A stretch of 64,000 bases of DNA from the NCBI RefSeq assembly GCF_009914755.1, contig NC_060930.1; one strand, given 5' to 3'. This document shows positions 35,580 through 51,808 of this stretch, in pieces (position 1 is the stretch's first letter; each line of letters starts with the position of its first letter). The DNA comes from the human T2T-CHM13v2.0 reference genome, Homo sapiens. Below the pieces are notes generated by a model. It worked only from the letters and a program-made list of their open reading frames with translations, had not been told where the DNA came from and ran no database searches. The position numbers were made by a program, and so were the translations under genes.

Positions 35580-36329
35580 TAGCTCTTGCTAATCTGATGG
35601 TAGTTCATTATAGTTGTGAGATTTAGCATCTTTATGGCTGTTTCTGGGCATTTGTGAATTGTCTATTTTGTATTGTGCTATTTACCTTTTTCTTACTAAT
35701 TAATGGAAATCCTTTATAGATTCCGAATACGAATACTTTGCCATTATGAGTTACAAATATCTTCTCCCCTGTATGGCTTATCTTTTAAATATGCTTGTTG
35801 TACCTTTTCTTGTCCACCCTTTTCTTTATGATTTCTGCTTTTGGAGGTTATAAAGATAATCATTTGTATTGCCTTATAACTGTTGTCTCTTGCATTGAGG
35901 CCTTTAATCATCTTAGAATTTGTTTGTGTAATGGTGTCTTTTTTCCTTAACTCTTACAGTTTGTGAGACTTTTCTGCCCTGGTGATATGTGCATCAGTGG
36001 TTGTTAGCCCAGCCCTATGAAAAGGGCCAGCTGGCCTCCATAGATCTAAGGCAGCCGAGAGTGCTGTCCCCTTTGTCCCAGGCTCTGCAGCATCCAAGGC
36101 GAGTGCAGATGGGGCCAGCTGTTCTTCCAAAACCATCATCTCTTCTTTACCTGCTCCTTCTGAGCTTCACCTGACATGGCTGTGCAGTCCCCAGGAAAAA
36201 GAAAGTCTCTCTTGTCTTCCTACTTCCTAAGTCAATCCTAGGAACTGTTACGTTCAATTCCAAGCAGTTGTCATAAAAGAAGTTTCCTTGGAACTTTGAA
36301 AACAAAAGAAAGGGTTTAATTTTCTTCTT

Positions 36330-36622
36330 TTCGTTTTGTTTTGTTTTGTTTTTAATTTTTTGAGACAGAGTCTCGTTCTATCCCCCAGGCTAACAGCTCA
36401 CTGCAACCTCTACCTCCTGGGCTCGAGCGATCCTCCCACCTCTGCCTCCTGAGTAGCTGAGACTGCAGGCACAATCCACTACACCCAGCCAATTGTTCAA
36501 TTTTTTTCTGGAGATGAGGTCTCACTACGTTGCCCAGGCTGGTCTTAAACTCCTGAGCTCAAGTGATCGCCTGCCTCAGCCTCCCAAAATGCTGGGATTA
36601 CAGGCATGAACCACTGCGCCCA
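36330..36622 (-). mobile_element. AluJ
   Basis: ctcctgggctcgagcgatcctccc; TSD-like aaagggtttaatttt / aaaggatttaatttt. Confidence 0.92.
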
Positions 36623-37949
36623 TCCAAAAGGATTTAATTTTATGGTCAAATTCTACATTGTCTATTGACTTTAATATTTTTATAAAATTCTTTAAATAAA
36701 ATGTCTTTACCTGGAATACCTTCAATGTACTTACTGGATTAGAGGCAGGTAGGTCCTGTTTGTATGGCTAGTATGTTCATTAAATATGAAAGTAATGGAA
36801 AGATGTTTATGACATAAGGAGAGAGGAACCTTCGCCTGTCAGGATAATAGAAATTGAAAGATTTTTATGACCTGGCTCAGCAGAAAAAGGAGTATATGAT
36901 GTTAGCAATTTTTTAGAATTGATTTTTCAGAAGAAACATGCAAAACAAATGAGAATTAAGTAGCTAGAAAGCCTTTTTCCCCCCTTTATTCAGATAAAGT
37001 AACTGAAGACTTTTAATGAGAAGCCTGGTTTCTGTCTTTCTACACGGTGCACTGGGAATAGTAAGCTGTTAGAAGTCAGTGCTTAGAAGTACCTACCATC
37101 CTAAACACAGGAACCAAAAACAAGGGAAAAAAAAAAAAAAAAGGAAGATAAATAAAGTAAAAGTAAAAAAGTACCTACCGTCCCAAATTTTGTATATGAT
37201 GATGTTCACGTTTTTGAACTTACACATATTCTTCTGTATAAGTAAAATATTTCATAAAATTAAAAATGTTTTATAAAATTAGGAACAGAATTTCTTAAAG
37301 ATCAACATGGTACTAATACATCTTACAATCTGTCTTTCAAAGTTTCAATAGACTTAACTTAGAGTCATTTTTTAAATTGCATTTTGATGCCAATATAATT
37401 CATGTGTCATTTTCCGCTATAATACAATGAAAATCCAGATAATGGAGATGGATTTTCTTCTGAGTAGCCACGCATATTAGGTTTCAGGCTCCAATTGCCT
37501 GGTTTTGAATTGCTCTTTGCCATGTGCTGTCTGTGACCTTGGGTGGGTCACTTCACCTCCCCCAAATCTAGGTTTCTCCAATACCTACCTCCAGGCTTGT
37601 TCTAGGCATGAAGTGCAGTGATGATGGAGAAGGCATGGACTGTGGCACAAATAGAAGAGTCAGGGGTTGGCAGCTCCTATTCCCACTGTACGATGCCAAG
37701 GATCTTTACCTATAGGATAAGCCTTCAGAAACATAATTTGTTCTTTCAAGTGCTGAATACCTCTGTGAGTATACTTTTTTCCATCTTTTTTCTTTTGGTA
37801 AATGAAACTCACTGAGAAATTTGACTTCTGATAATGGGAAACAGTGCTGCTTATGTGTTCTCCTTGTACAAAGGTGTCTGGGACCATTATACTTAGAGGT
37901 GATCTGAGAAATCGGAGGGGCTCTGATTGTTTTGAAAACTCTCCTTTGA

Positions 37950-38267
<318 letters not shown>

Positions 38268-38979
38268 TTAAGGTAATCCTTCTTGAAAGGCTTGTTTAAA
38301 ATGTTTCCTTGTTACCTGGGAGAGAGCAGGAAGCACTGGGAAATAGCACGTCACTGGTGCCTCGTGCCATTTCCGTGCCTTTCCCTGTCTTGCCTCAGCC
38401 TTGCACTGTGGAATGCAAAAGAGTAGAAGAAACTCCAACGTGAAAATTGTCGACAAACAATGCAGAGAATCTTCGGTGGCATTAAACATTAAAATTAAAG
38501 ACACATGGTCTTAAATTCAGCTGATATACTTGACACCTCAGATATACTCTTGGTGCCAAAAGGGATGTTAAGCAAAATTTGAGGGATTTGACTCCTTATT
38601 TGGGAAAGACCATGACTACCAAGGGGAGAGAAACCAGAGGCAAACCTTATTGAAAAATGGAGTAGCTAAGTCATTTTGTATATGTTACTTTTACCCAGCC
38701 AAGTACAGTCTGTAGTTTTACACAGTGAATTTGATCTTTACTCTAAATTCTTTTCCTTTAATGAAAGTGCTAGTCAGTAATGCAGAACTTGGGCAAGTTT
38801 TATAAATATGTTTGCTTTACAACCAGTCTTATTAAGTCAGGGTATCATCTAAGGGCCCAATCAAGGACTTTTCATTTAAAAAAGAAAAACTCTAAATTGC
38901 ATTGTGATATAACCCTTAAATTCCAACTGTCATGGGGAATCCCAAGACCTACATCTGTATGTATGTGCTGTGTTCTAAA

Positions 38980-39623
<644 letters not shown>

Positions 39624-39989
39624 TAATGTTAAAGTCTTATTTTCTCGCTACTGAAATAGGCAAAATGTTTCAATTTTGCAAAAATAATATAGTATTGTGT
39701 ATAGGATCTTCCCTAACCTGCTTTTTACATTTAATTAGGCTTCTACGAGTCATTCGGGTAGTTGCATCTAGCAGGCTATTTATCCATTCTTTATAGACCC
39801 TTTAGAGGTTTGAAACCCCTTTATAGAGGTTTGAGAGCCCTTTCTTGCCCCAGTTCTCTTGTCTGTAAAGCTGTAGGAAATAATATGACCTAACATACAA
39901 GGCAGTGTGAGGACAGCAGAAGTGACTTCTGTAATGCATATGGTGCTGTTCCAGGCATGGATAAATCTTTGCTAACAGTCGTAAGAGTT

Positions 39990-40230
39990 TACCTCCTGTG
40001 AGGACCTGGCTACGTGCTGAGCACCCTGCTTGGTGCTTTGTACATTGTGACTCATTCAGTTGCTCAAACAACACCATGAGTAGTTTACCAGAATTACCCC
40101 CATCTTGCAGGTGAGAAAACTGAGCATCCGAGCGAGTTAGTAGTTTGCTCAAAGGCAGGCAGCTAGCGCAAGGGGGAGCAGGAATTTGAACCTGAGTGTC
40201 GGCCCCACAGCCTTTGCTTTTACCACCGTG
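39990..40230. mobile_element. MIR
   Basis: ccccatcttgcaggtgagaaaactgag..ggaatttgaacctgag. Confidence 0.8.
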
Positions 40231-41146
40231 CTTTGCCACCTCTGAATGTTCACTTTCATTCCATAGCAGCATCATACAGCCCTGTGCATAACAGGAAGTG
40301 CACGTTTGTTAAATGAGAAACTAGTAACACTTCTGGTAGCTGAATGACTTAACTACTGGTAAACCTGTCTGCATGGCCACTAGGCTTTTTATGGTGAACA
40401 CAGGCATATTTTCCATGTGCTGTGTTGAAGCAGCAATTAAATAAATCAGGTAAAAGAGTAATTAAATTTAAAAGGTAAAACGTTTTGGAAGGAGTTTTGA
40501 GGTTTAGGGCTGTCTAACCTGACCTTGACTGTTTCTCTATGTGCTGTAAGATGCAGATTGATTTTCAATGAGATATTCAGCCCATCCCTGCTTATGATTT
40601 ATATATATTCTAAGTAATATGCTTAGAATGTAGTTCTGCTTACCATCATAAAATGTGGAGTTAAAATAAGATCCTTGTCAAAACATTGTCATGCAGAGAT
40701 TAGTGCTATGAAAGTTAACATTAAATGATTTTAAAATGTGATCCAGAGGTTAAACTGAAGTTTTGAAATTCATAAAATGCATAAGCTTTTTGAGAATTTT
40801 TAAAAATATCCGTTACATAATAACTTTAAAATTACGTTATATGATTGCTATCTTACCCCATCTTAGCCAAGAGCATTCAGCCTGAGGATACTCAAAAAGA
40901 GTCAAATTACCCCTTCCTTGTATAAGCTATAGTTTAGGATATTGCAATTATATGAGGTCGTTTTAAAGTTTTTAGCAACGTTTGGTATAATTACAATATT
41001 GTGCTGTTCTTACACAAAGAAAACATAACAGAATTTTGAGCTAGGAATATTGGGAAACCAGCCATTGCTAAAGGAAGATGCATTTAGTGTATCTTTCTAT
41101 GTACCTCTTAACATCTTTTGTGGGGTGTAGAAAAACAGATTATTAG

Positions 41147-41606
<460 letters not shown>

Positions 41607-41859
41607 TAAAAGCCGCAAGCCTCTTGCTAGCCATAGCTGTGAATGTTGTCTTAACCATTAATGCTTCAGTATAAATAATATCAATTTAAAAACTGCCTAA
41701 GATTTAAAAGTACTATGCAAATTACAAACTGCTTGGGTATCTAGATCAAAATAAAGCAGAGCAAAGAAGTAACTTTAGGAATGAAAGGGTATCTAAGTGG
41801 AATGATAAAGGAAGACTTCATGCAACAGAAGAATTTAAGTAAAACTGAAAAACTGAAAC

Positions 41860-42400
41860 TAATGTGATCATGGCATTAAATAGTGTAACCCTGAAGACGC
41901 ATCCAGTATATAAGGAACACCACAGCAGTGCCTATACTCACCGTTATTATTCATCATTATTCTGAAGCACAAATAAGAACAATTTCAAAAATTATAAATA
42001 TTGGAAAGGAAGAGACACATTTTATTATTTATGTACAGAATAATTATATAACTAGAAAATTCAAGAGAGGCAACTGACAACTTATTTTAAGTAATAAAAG
42101 TTTTAGTTTGCTAGTGGATGCAATATAAATATGTAAATGTCAATAGTTTTCTTTTTTTGTTAGCCATAAATACATACTGTAATAGAGAAAATGTCCTACT
42201 TATACATGTCCCCCAAAGGATAGAATACTTAGGAAATAAGTTTAGCAAGAAATGAGCACATAGAATAAAACTATAAAACTTCATTGAAAGACAAACAACA
42301 AGACCTGAATAAATGGTAAGACACATGACATACTCTTAGATGGGAATAACTGGTATTAATCATCCTTCCTCTGTCAAACTAACACCTAAATTACTATAAA
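41860..42400 (+). mobile_element. Old L1 ORF2-region fragments
   Basis: tagaatacttaggaaataa..aaaactataaaacttcattgaaaga..agacctgaataaatgg. Confidence 0.7.
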
Positions 42401-42549
42401 ATTACTATACTATATCATGCCACACTATACTATACTGTATTTACTGTAAAAACTGCAGAGGAAAATGAACTTGGTGGTTAAATTAATCACAGCATTTGTC
42501 TAGATTCTGCAAGAATGAATTCATGAGGATGGATTTAAAAGCTTTTTCA

Positions 42550-42843
<294 letters not shown>

Positions 42844-42992
42844 GGCTTTTTCAAGAACCATGATGGATGATTAAACTAATTGTAAATATCAGAACAAGAT
42901 AACCTTATAGCAAAACAGTTAATAGCAGAGGAATACCCTGGAGTGTCCTGAGATAGATTTCTTCCAGTAGTAATTTGATAAGATGACATTTT

Positions 42993-43315
<323 letters not shown>

Positions 43316-43408
43316 AGATGACATTTTAAATTAGTGGTGAATGGATGGGATACTGATTAAATGATGTTGGAACATTTGACTAATAATTTTAAAACATAAA
43401 CCATAGAG

Positions 43409-43710
<302 letters not shown>

Positions 43711-45884
43711 AAAATATAAACCATAGAGCTTTGTATCACAATATATTCAAAATAAAGATAGAGTGACTTTTTACTTTTTAGTGTGCAAATTAAACATAAA
43801 GCTTCCAGGAAAAAGCAAAAAAAAAAAATTATTGTTGGTATCCTATCAAGGCTAGTAAAAAGAATAGATAAATGTATACATGGAACATGGGAAAACATTC
43901 ACAAAATATAAAGTTAAAAAAATCAGGTTGTAAAATAATATATCTCCAATTTGTATGAGATTTATATCTATATATGGAATGAAGAGATATAGAAGTATAT
44001 CAAATGATTATTTTTGTTTGCCTGGAGGTAATGGAATCATGGTGATTTTCACTTCACACTTTGTGTTTTGGCATTCTCAAATTTTTACAATTACTGTGTA
44101 TTACTTTTGTAGTAGTTTTTTTTATAAAAGGAAAAAATGACTTGAAAAATCAAGTAATTTGACATGTAGACACAGGGAAATTACATTCGAGGCAGAGAGC
44201 AAACAACAGGCATGTGACTGTAGCTGACAAGTGTCGGCAGATTGTGGGCATAGTTTAGAGTCTAAGACATCTGGGGGAGATGAGTTTCATCATTAGATGA
44301 AGTCATATTCTGGAGGGGAATAAATGCTAATCTGAAATACTATGCTTTCAATTGCCAGTGAGGAGAAATTGACAGTTTTGAAATAGTGGTTTCAGGAAGG
44401 CTCTCCTGAGAAGATGGCACTGAGGCGAGCCTTGAAGAAGGCGAGAGGGGAGAAAGATTGGCCTGTGTTCAAGGAATCAAAATAGTTCGCTAGTTCAGAG
44501 ACAGGGTAAAGCAAATAGACTGGAGTCTCATTCAATGTCTTTAAAAGTCATGGAGAAGAGTTAGTATAGTTTCTAATCCATGAGGACTTCCTGAATGATT
44601 TTGCCAGGACTGTACTTTAAGATACTGTTTCTTTCCAACCCCCCATCAGATAAGTCATACCACTTTTCTGAAGTCGAATAAGTGAAGGGAAAGAGTGGAC
44701 AAATTGTTATCTAACAGGGCTCCCTCCCCAGGAAAGGACTCCTTCGTCAGTAAGAGATGTGCACGTGGTATAACCAACAATGCTACTTCTGGGTATGTCC
44801 ACACTGCTGGAGCTCAGAAATGCACAATGAAAAAACAAAACGGGTTGTGGAAGTGTGTATACAATCTGTTACATTTTTGAAAAACACACAACACAATGCT
44901 ATATTCTGTTTATGCATGTGTGCTTATGTAGAAAAAGTCTGAAAACCTGATCTGCATAAGCTCTGAGTTCATAGGAGTTATGACCATGGGAAGAAGTAGA
45001 GGGGTGGGATGAGCGCATGGGATACTGAACTCAGCTATGCTGCTTTACTTCTCTGAAAGAGGAACAATCTTAAGTAATCATGGTAAAATGTTAATGTTTG
45101 TCCATTTCAGGGTGGGGAAGGAAATTTAGGTCTGTAATTTAGGAGAGAGGTTGAGGCCAGAGCCAAGATTGGCAGTTGTGATGAGTATGTGGTTACATCT
45201 TCACTTTTTTTAGAACTAAATCTGGATGTCAATGGCCATGTTTAGTGGGCCAGGGGCCTTACATTACTTTCTTGCAGCACTGATGGCTTTTGTTTGAGGC
45301 TGCACAAATTCCTGCATTTCCCTTGGGTTGAATGGTAGGGATGCGGGCAGTTGGTGACTGGGTGAACCACCTGACTTGAGCAGGGCTACGACTCTCTCTG
45401 CAAACGAAACCCAGAGACATGAACAGTGCTGAGATTTCTCAGTGGTTTCCCATGTAGGCTGCTTTCCAAGGGCAGCAAGCATGGCTTCATCACTCACCCA
45501 GTGCTTCTGATTCAGCACTGTGATGCTCGGTTAAGTTTTAATGAGGTTTTAAATTTTTTCGTATGTTTGAGTGTTTATGCAAACAAAGATGCTGAATTGT
45601 AAACACCAGCAATCTGAGTACCTTCTTTTGATTTCTCTCTCCATATTGTTTAGTCCCTTTTTCTTTGTTTGTTTTATGAAATTGCATAGATGTTTTGGTT
45701 GAGAGTAGATTGTTTTTACTTTTCAGGGACAGGCAACAATTTCATGATATAACTTCTAAAAATATTTTAAACAAGTATGAAAATAGTTTTTTCTTCCAAA
45801 AAACCATTTCTTCGTTTGGCACATACACAAACAAATGAGCAGAATTTAGAGTAATTTAGAGACAGAATTTAGATAATTTGGGTG

Positions 45885-46166
45885 GTTTTTTTTTTGGACA
45901 GTCTTGCCCTGTTGTCCAGGCTGGAGTGCAGTGATGTGATCTCGGCGCACCACAGCCTCCTCCTCCCAGGCTCAAGCGGTTCTTGTGCCTTAGCCTCTCA
46001 AGCTACAGGCACACACCACCACGTCCAGCTAATTTTTGTATTTTTATTAGAGACGAGTTTTTGCCATGTTGCCCAGGCTGGTCTTGAACTCCTGGCCTTA
46101 AGTGATCCTCCTGCCTCGGCCTCCTTAAGGGCTGGGATTACAGGCATGAGCCACCACAGCCGGCCT
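45885..46166 (-). mobile_element. AluJ
   Basis: cacagcctcctcctcccaggctcaagc..ttgcccaggctggtcttgaactcctggcc. Confidence 0.9.
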
Positions 46167-46574
46167 AGTGTGAAAGCAGTTTTTAAGGACAGTTGAACAG
46201 GAAAGCTCCTGGATTCCTGCACATAGATCTTGTGCCCCTCCAAAGTGCTGTAAGTACCGATTTCTGCTGTCTTGATTTAACTCAGTGTCTGGAGCTTACG
46301 ATCCTTCCTCTCTGTTTCCTTCAGTGGCGTAGCTTGGGGGTGTCAATTAAAGAGTTATTGCAAGATCTCAGCCTCTGAAAGTTTAGCTTATTCATCAGCA
46401 AAACTTTAAGCAAGTCTCACCTCTTCTAAATTAGAATTGTAACCTTGACTTTAGTCTCAGAGTTAACATTGTGCAGAAAAAGAAAACACTGCGCAGTGTT
46501 GAAGCAGTTTGCAAACTGAAATGATACAAATGAAAAATGCTATGATGTTTCTCAGTAGTCTCTGTATTTGCAAA

Positions 46575-46960
46575 TGAGTCAGTTAGGATTAGTTTTACCC
46601 ACAAATAACAACAACAGTAAAAAAAAAAAAAAAAAAAAAAAAGAAAGAAAGAAAGTGACCCAGCACTATAATACAAGTTTATTTCTCTCTCACATCAAGG
46701 AAGTTCAGGGTAGCCACTCTGGGCTGGTTTAGCAACTCCTTGATCATCATGGGTTCTGTGCTACCTGGTAGTCCAGGATGGTTGCACAAGCTCCAGCCAT
46801 TGCATCTGTATCCCAATCAGCAAGAAAAAGGAAGAAAGGCATACCCCCTTTTCAGGAGGCTTCCTGGAAATCACATACAACATACCTGGTTACATCTCAT
46901 CAGTGACCTTAGTCACACAGCCATACTTAGCTGCAAGACAAGCGAAGACATTCAGATTCT
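46575..46960. mobile_element. MLT1J/K-like MaLR LTR relic containing an A/GAAA run (46619-46654)
   Basis: aagtttatttctctctcacat..ggatggttgc..gctccagccattgcatct..tagtcacacagccatacttagctgcaag. Confidence 0.75.
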
Positions 46961-47791
46961 ACCTCTTCTTCTTGAAATAGAAAGGTGAGTTGCCAATCCA
47001 CTGTCAGCGTGACGACAGTTCAAGAGGTTTTCCTAGACACAGAGTTGAGTTAATCCCGTCATCTGTGTCATCGTCTCTATTTTGACAGCATCTGTCAGGT
47101 GGTCAACCAGAGTTTAGGCAAGAAGACCTATGACTTCTCTACACAGACATGATTAGGATTATCTTCTAAATCAACCAAACTGACCAGCCCACCCTTTCAT
47201 TCTTCTGTGCATCACAGATCATTTTTGAAAAAGAGTTTAGGACACATCCAATAGTAAGAGTGTAGTTTTATAAATCAGGACTCAGTCTTACAGTGGAAGA
47301 TTATATGGTAGTTAGTGTCATGGAGAAAAGCTTCATATTAGATTAGTTGAATCGATTGGGATACAGAACCGTCTTTAGAGCATGGCATCGTTACATTGCA
47401 GATAAAGCATGTAGGTAGAGAATGATATCTTTGTTGGGGAGAGCCCCAAACTGCTCTTCAGGAACCTTTCTCCGAGATTTGCAAGCCAATTAGGCATAAT
47501 GAAACCTTGTTTTTAATGCATATCTTTTGCCAGTATAATAAACATAATAATTAAATGTTTATATATCTTTCGTATTTTCCTGTATAATACAACTAATCAT
47601 ATTTTTGTCAGGCTGAGGACATCTCAAGAGGAGGGAAAGGTGGCAAATTGAGGGTCTGTTCTTCTTTTATACCAGATGGCAATTATAACAAATTACTTCT
47701 GGACTTAGGGATGGGGGAGGGGTGGGGAGATGGGAACATGAGAATTATTCCTGATTTTTGTTACTTTTTGTCCTGTAAAATATGCTTACCA

Positions 47792-48089
<298 letters not shown>

Positions 48090-48232
48090 ATGCTTACCGG
48101 GACATCTCAAGGACATCATTCCTTTGTCAACGGTACAAAGATAACCTGAGACATAAAGTGAAAATGATTTATGGTTTTTTGTTTTCTTCCTTACATTAAA
48201 TTTTCCAATAACATATCGCTAATAACATATTT

Positions 48233-48519
48233 CTTTTGTTTTGAGACGGAGTTTTGCTCTTGTTGCCCAGGCTGGAGTGCAGTGGTGCAATCTCGACTCA
48301 CCGCAACCTCCACCTCCCAGGTTCAAGTGATTTCTCCTGCCTCAGCCTCCCAAGTAGCTGGGATTACCTGCCACCACATCAGGCTAATTTTTTGTATTTT
48401 TAGTAGAGACGGGGTTTCACCATGTTGGCCAGGCTGGTTTTGAACTCCTGACTTTGTGATCCACCTGCCTTGGCCTCCCAAAGTGCTGGGATTACAGGCG
48501 TGAGCCACGGTGCCTGGCC
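48233..48519 (-). mobile_element. Alu (AluS)
   Basis: TSD aacatatttct on both sides. Confidence 0.95.
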
Positions 48520-48902
48520 AACATATTTCTAATAATATATTAATTTGATAAACAGAAGTTATTTTGGAAATAAGCCAAAACAACAAAAAATGCTCATCCC
48601 TGCTTTTCAAGGCTATTATCTGTAGTTTGAGGTTTTATCAAATGTAGATATGAACTGCGGGCCTCTTCAGGATGTCCTCATTGCTTCTGTTAATGCTTTT
48701 ACCATCCAGTACCACTGAACAGGCAGCAGGGTGCCTTCTTGGGCACACCGGAAGGACCCAGGAAAAGGAAGATAGTGTGGCCTGTTCTTGTCTCCATGCC
48801 CCAAAATGGACCACTACACCAGTGGGGTAGGAAATAGCAGGTGTGTTATGGGTTGAGTTTGGAGACCTTGACTTGATCAACCATCTGCTCACCCAGGTCA
48901 TC

Positions 48903-49026
48903 TTTCTTTTTTGTGCAGAGGTGAGGTCTCACTATCTTGCCCAGGCTGGTCTCCTGGGCTCAAGTGATCTTACCGCCTTTACCTCCCAAAGTGCTGGTAT
49001 TACAGGTGTGAGCCACCATGCCTGGT
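48903..49026 (-). mobile_element. FLAM / Alu left arm
   Basis: gaggtctcactatcttgcccaggctggtc..gagccaccatgcctgg. Confidence 0.85.
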
Positions 49027-50050
49027 TCTTGTCACCATTCTTAACATCAGCAGCAGCAGAAAAACCCCCTGTTTAGCCTTCAATGTTAATTTCCTCCTTG
49101 ATCTATGTGTTCTACACAAACCACTCCCTTGTTGTCCCCCATATATTACATTTGTGGACTCTTCTCAAACTCTGCAGCTCAGCCCTGGTTCCTGCTGAGC
49201 CTACAGCCCCAGGCCTGAGCAGCCGGCTGGGCCAAGTTACCCTCAGTCTCAAGATGACTTCCTCACAAGGCAAAACATTTCTCCAGCTGGGTTGGAGACC
49301 TAAGCTGGGGAACTGGGCTCTCACATTCCAAGATAGAGGTTTGCCTATGGACCCCTGAAAGTAGGCGTTAGAAGCAGGTTCCTCTGATGGCAGAGGCCCT
49401 CTGTTTATCTCTGAAAGATCCTGAATGCTATGCTTCTTTCATCCCCTCTGCCTTGAATTCACCTGCTTTCTAGGTGCGGTGGAGAAAGCTGGGAAAAGAG
49501 CCACCTCTGCTCCCAGGGGCCACTGAGAGGGTAGAACACTGACCGAATCCCAGACTCACTACCTCAGGGGCTGAGATGGGTCCAAAGGGGCCCTTAACCT
49601 CTCACTTGATCACCTGACTCTTACCGCTGTCATTGATCTGACATGTTCTCCTGGGCGCTGTCCCAGCTCTGTCCCAGCTTCTCAGCACTGTGTCCTGGTC
49701 AGCCCTGAGGGCTCATTTCCTTTATCCATACTGAGGACCAAGACCTGTCTTTCCTGTAGGGCAGTGAGGGCCACGGGCTAGTGCCTGAGCCGATGAGTGC
49801 ACTGCTGGTACTGTGCTGAGCCCTGGACAAGGGTGTAGGTTGCTCTAAAAAACAACTTCCCAATATCCTACAAAATAACGTTCAAACTGAACAGAGCTTG
49901 ACTGAAGATTCTTCTTACTTCATTTGTTTTCATGCGCTACATTTTTGCTGTCCGGCTCCAAGTCTGTGACAATGGGTCACGGGATCAGTGCGAGTAACAG
50001 TGAAGATGTTTTTCTTCATCTTTGGGCTATGATTGTGCTTTGTGATCCTA

Positions 50051-50350
<300 letters not shown>

Positions 50351-51069
50351 TACATACACTGACTAATAACACCAGCAATATTGTTTCATGGGAGCTGCCT
50401 CTGCTGTTTGTACCAAAACTGAGCAGATTCTTTAGGCCAGGCCCGAGTAATCATTAAATCGATCTGCTTGTGAGAAACCGGTAGGTCTAGGCATGAGCAC
50501 AAAGTGGCAGGTCCGTCTCTTCCCTTCTTAAATAAGGAATCACCAGAGGTAGACTCTGTGCCTGTGACTCTTGAATGTTTAACTGAAATCCAGAGCAGCA
50601 ATTGCATTTTATATGACACCATGTGTGTGCAAAAACTGAATCAAAATCTTGTGAAACAGTGCTACTTTCACTTACTATATATGATGTAGTCTAATACTTT
50701 CTATCCTATTTTATTTCCTTTTTTTAAATGCTGGTTGAAATTCTGTAAATTTATATAATGACAAACTACTGGGACTCTATCTTGGTTCAAAAGTCCATGA
50801 TCAGCCTGCTTGTATTGAGTTACTACATTGTACGATCTTATAATTGTAAAGTTTAAGATATTTTCCTTCTGTCTGTCTTAATTTATTCTGTAATCTAAGT
50901 TGTCCTGCCAGGAATGCTGGCATATTTACTTTGTTTTTGAATTCAATAATCATAGTTTCTCTTGCCAAGTTACATTAATGGTACCAAAAAAAAGTTACTG
51001 CATGGTTTTTGAAACTGTTCTTTCCTAGGAAGTTTTAAAGTAAAATGTTTTTACCTTTTATTGTTTACA

Positions 51070-51562
51070 CAGGTTAAGCATCCCTAATTCAAAAATCCAA
51101 AATCCAAAGAAGTGCTCAAAAATCCAAAGTTTTTTGAGTGACAACATGATGCAACCAGTGGAAAATTCCACACCTGATCTCGTGTGACGGGTTGCAGTCA
51201 ACATGCAGTTAAATCTTTCATATATGCACAAAATTATTAAAACTATTGTTCAGGGCCAGGCACAGTGGCTCACACCTGTAATCCCAGCATTTTGGGAGGC
51301 CAGGGCAGGCAGATCACTTGAGCTCAGGAGTTCGAGACCAGCCTAGGCAAGGTGATGAAACCCTGTCTCCTCTAAAAATACAAAAAAAAAAAAAAACATT
51401 AGCTGGGCATGGTGGCACACACCTGTAGTCCCAGCTATTTGGGAGGCTGAGGTGGGAGAATCACTTGAACTGGGTGGCAGAGGTTGCAGTGAGCCAAGAT
51501 CATGTCACTGCACTCCAGCCTGGGCAAACAGAGGGAGACCCTGTCTTAAAAAAAAAAAAAAA

Positions 51563-51598
<36 letters not shown>

Positions 51599-51808
51599 TA
51601 GGCTATGTCTATAAGGAGTATATGAAATATAAATGAATTTCATGTTTAGACAGGGGTCCCAACCCCAAGATATCTCGTTATGTATATGCAAATATTACAA
51701 AATCTGAAAAAATTTAAAAGCCAAAAATCACTTCAGTCTGGTGCCAACCATTTTTGCATAATTGCATTTTCCATGTTGCATTTTGCAACCATTTTGCATA
51801 ATTCTGTA
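51070..51808. mobile_element. Tigger4 (Zombi)-like DNA transposon relic interrupted by an Alu (51254-51563, +)
   Basis: caggttaagcatccctaat..aaaatccaaaatcc..gtggaaaattccacacctga; ccccaagatatctc..tgcaaatatt. Confidence 0.85.
51566..51595. repeat. (TA)15 microsatellite abutting the Alu A tail
   Basis: Read directly. Confidence 0.97.

Noticed and set aside
49100-49880. GC-rich unique block as possible promoter or CpG island
   Set aside because: CpG-poor with no convincing core-promoter or exon structure
51147-51155. CARE-like TGATGCAAC and several TGATGAAA matches elsewhere
   Set aside because: Several matches are expected by chance in 64 kb and there is no supporting context
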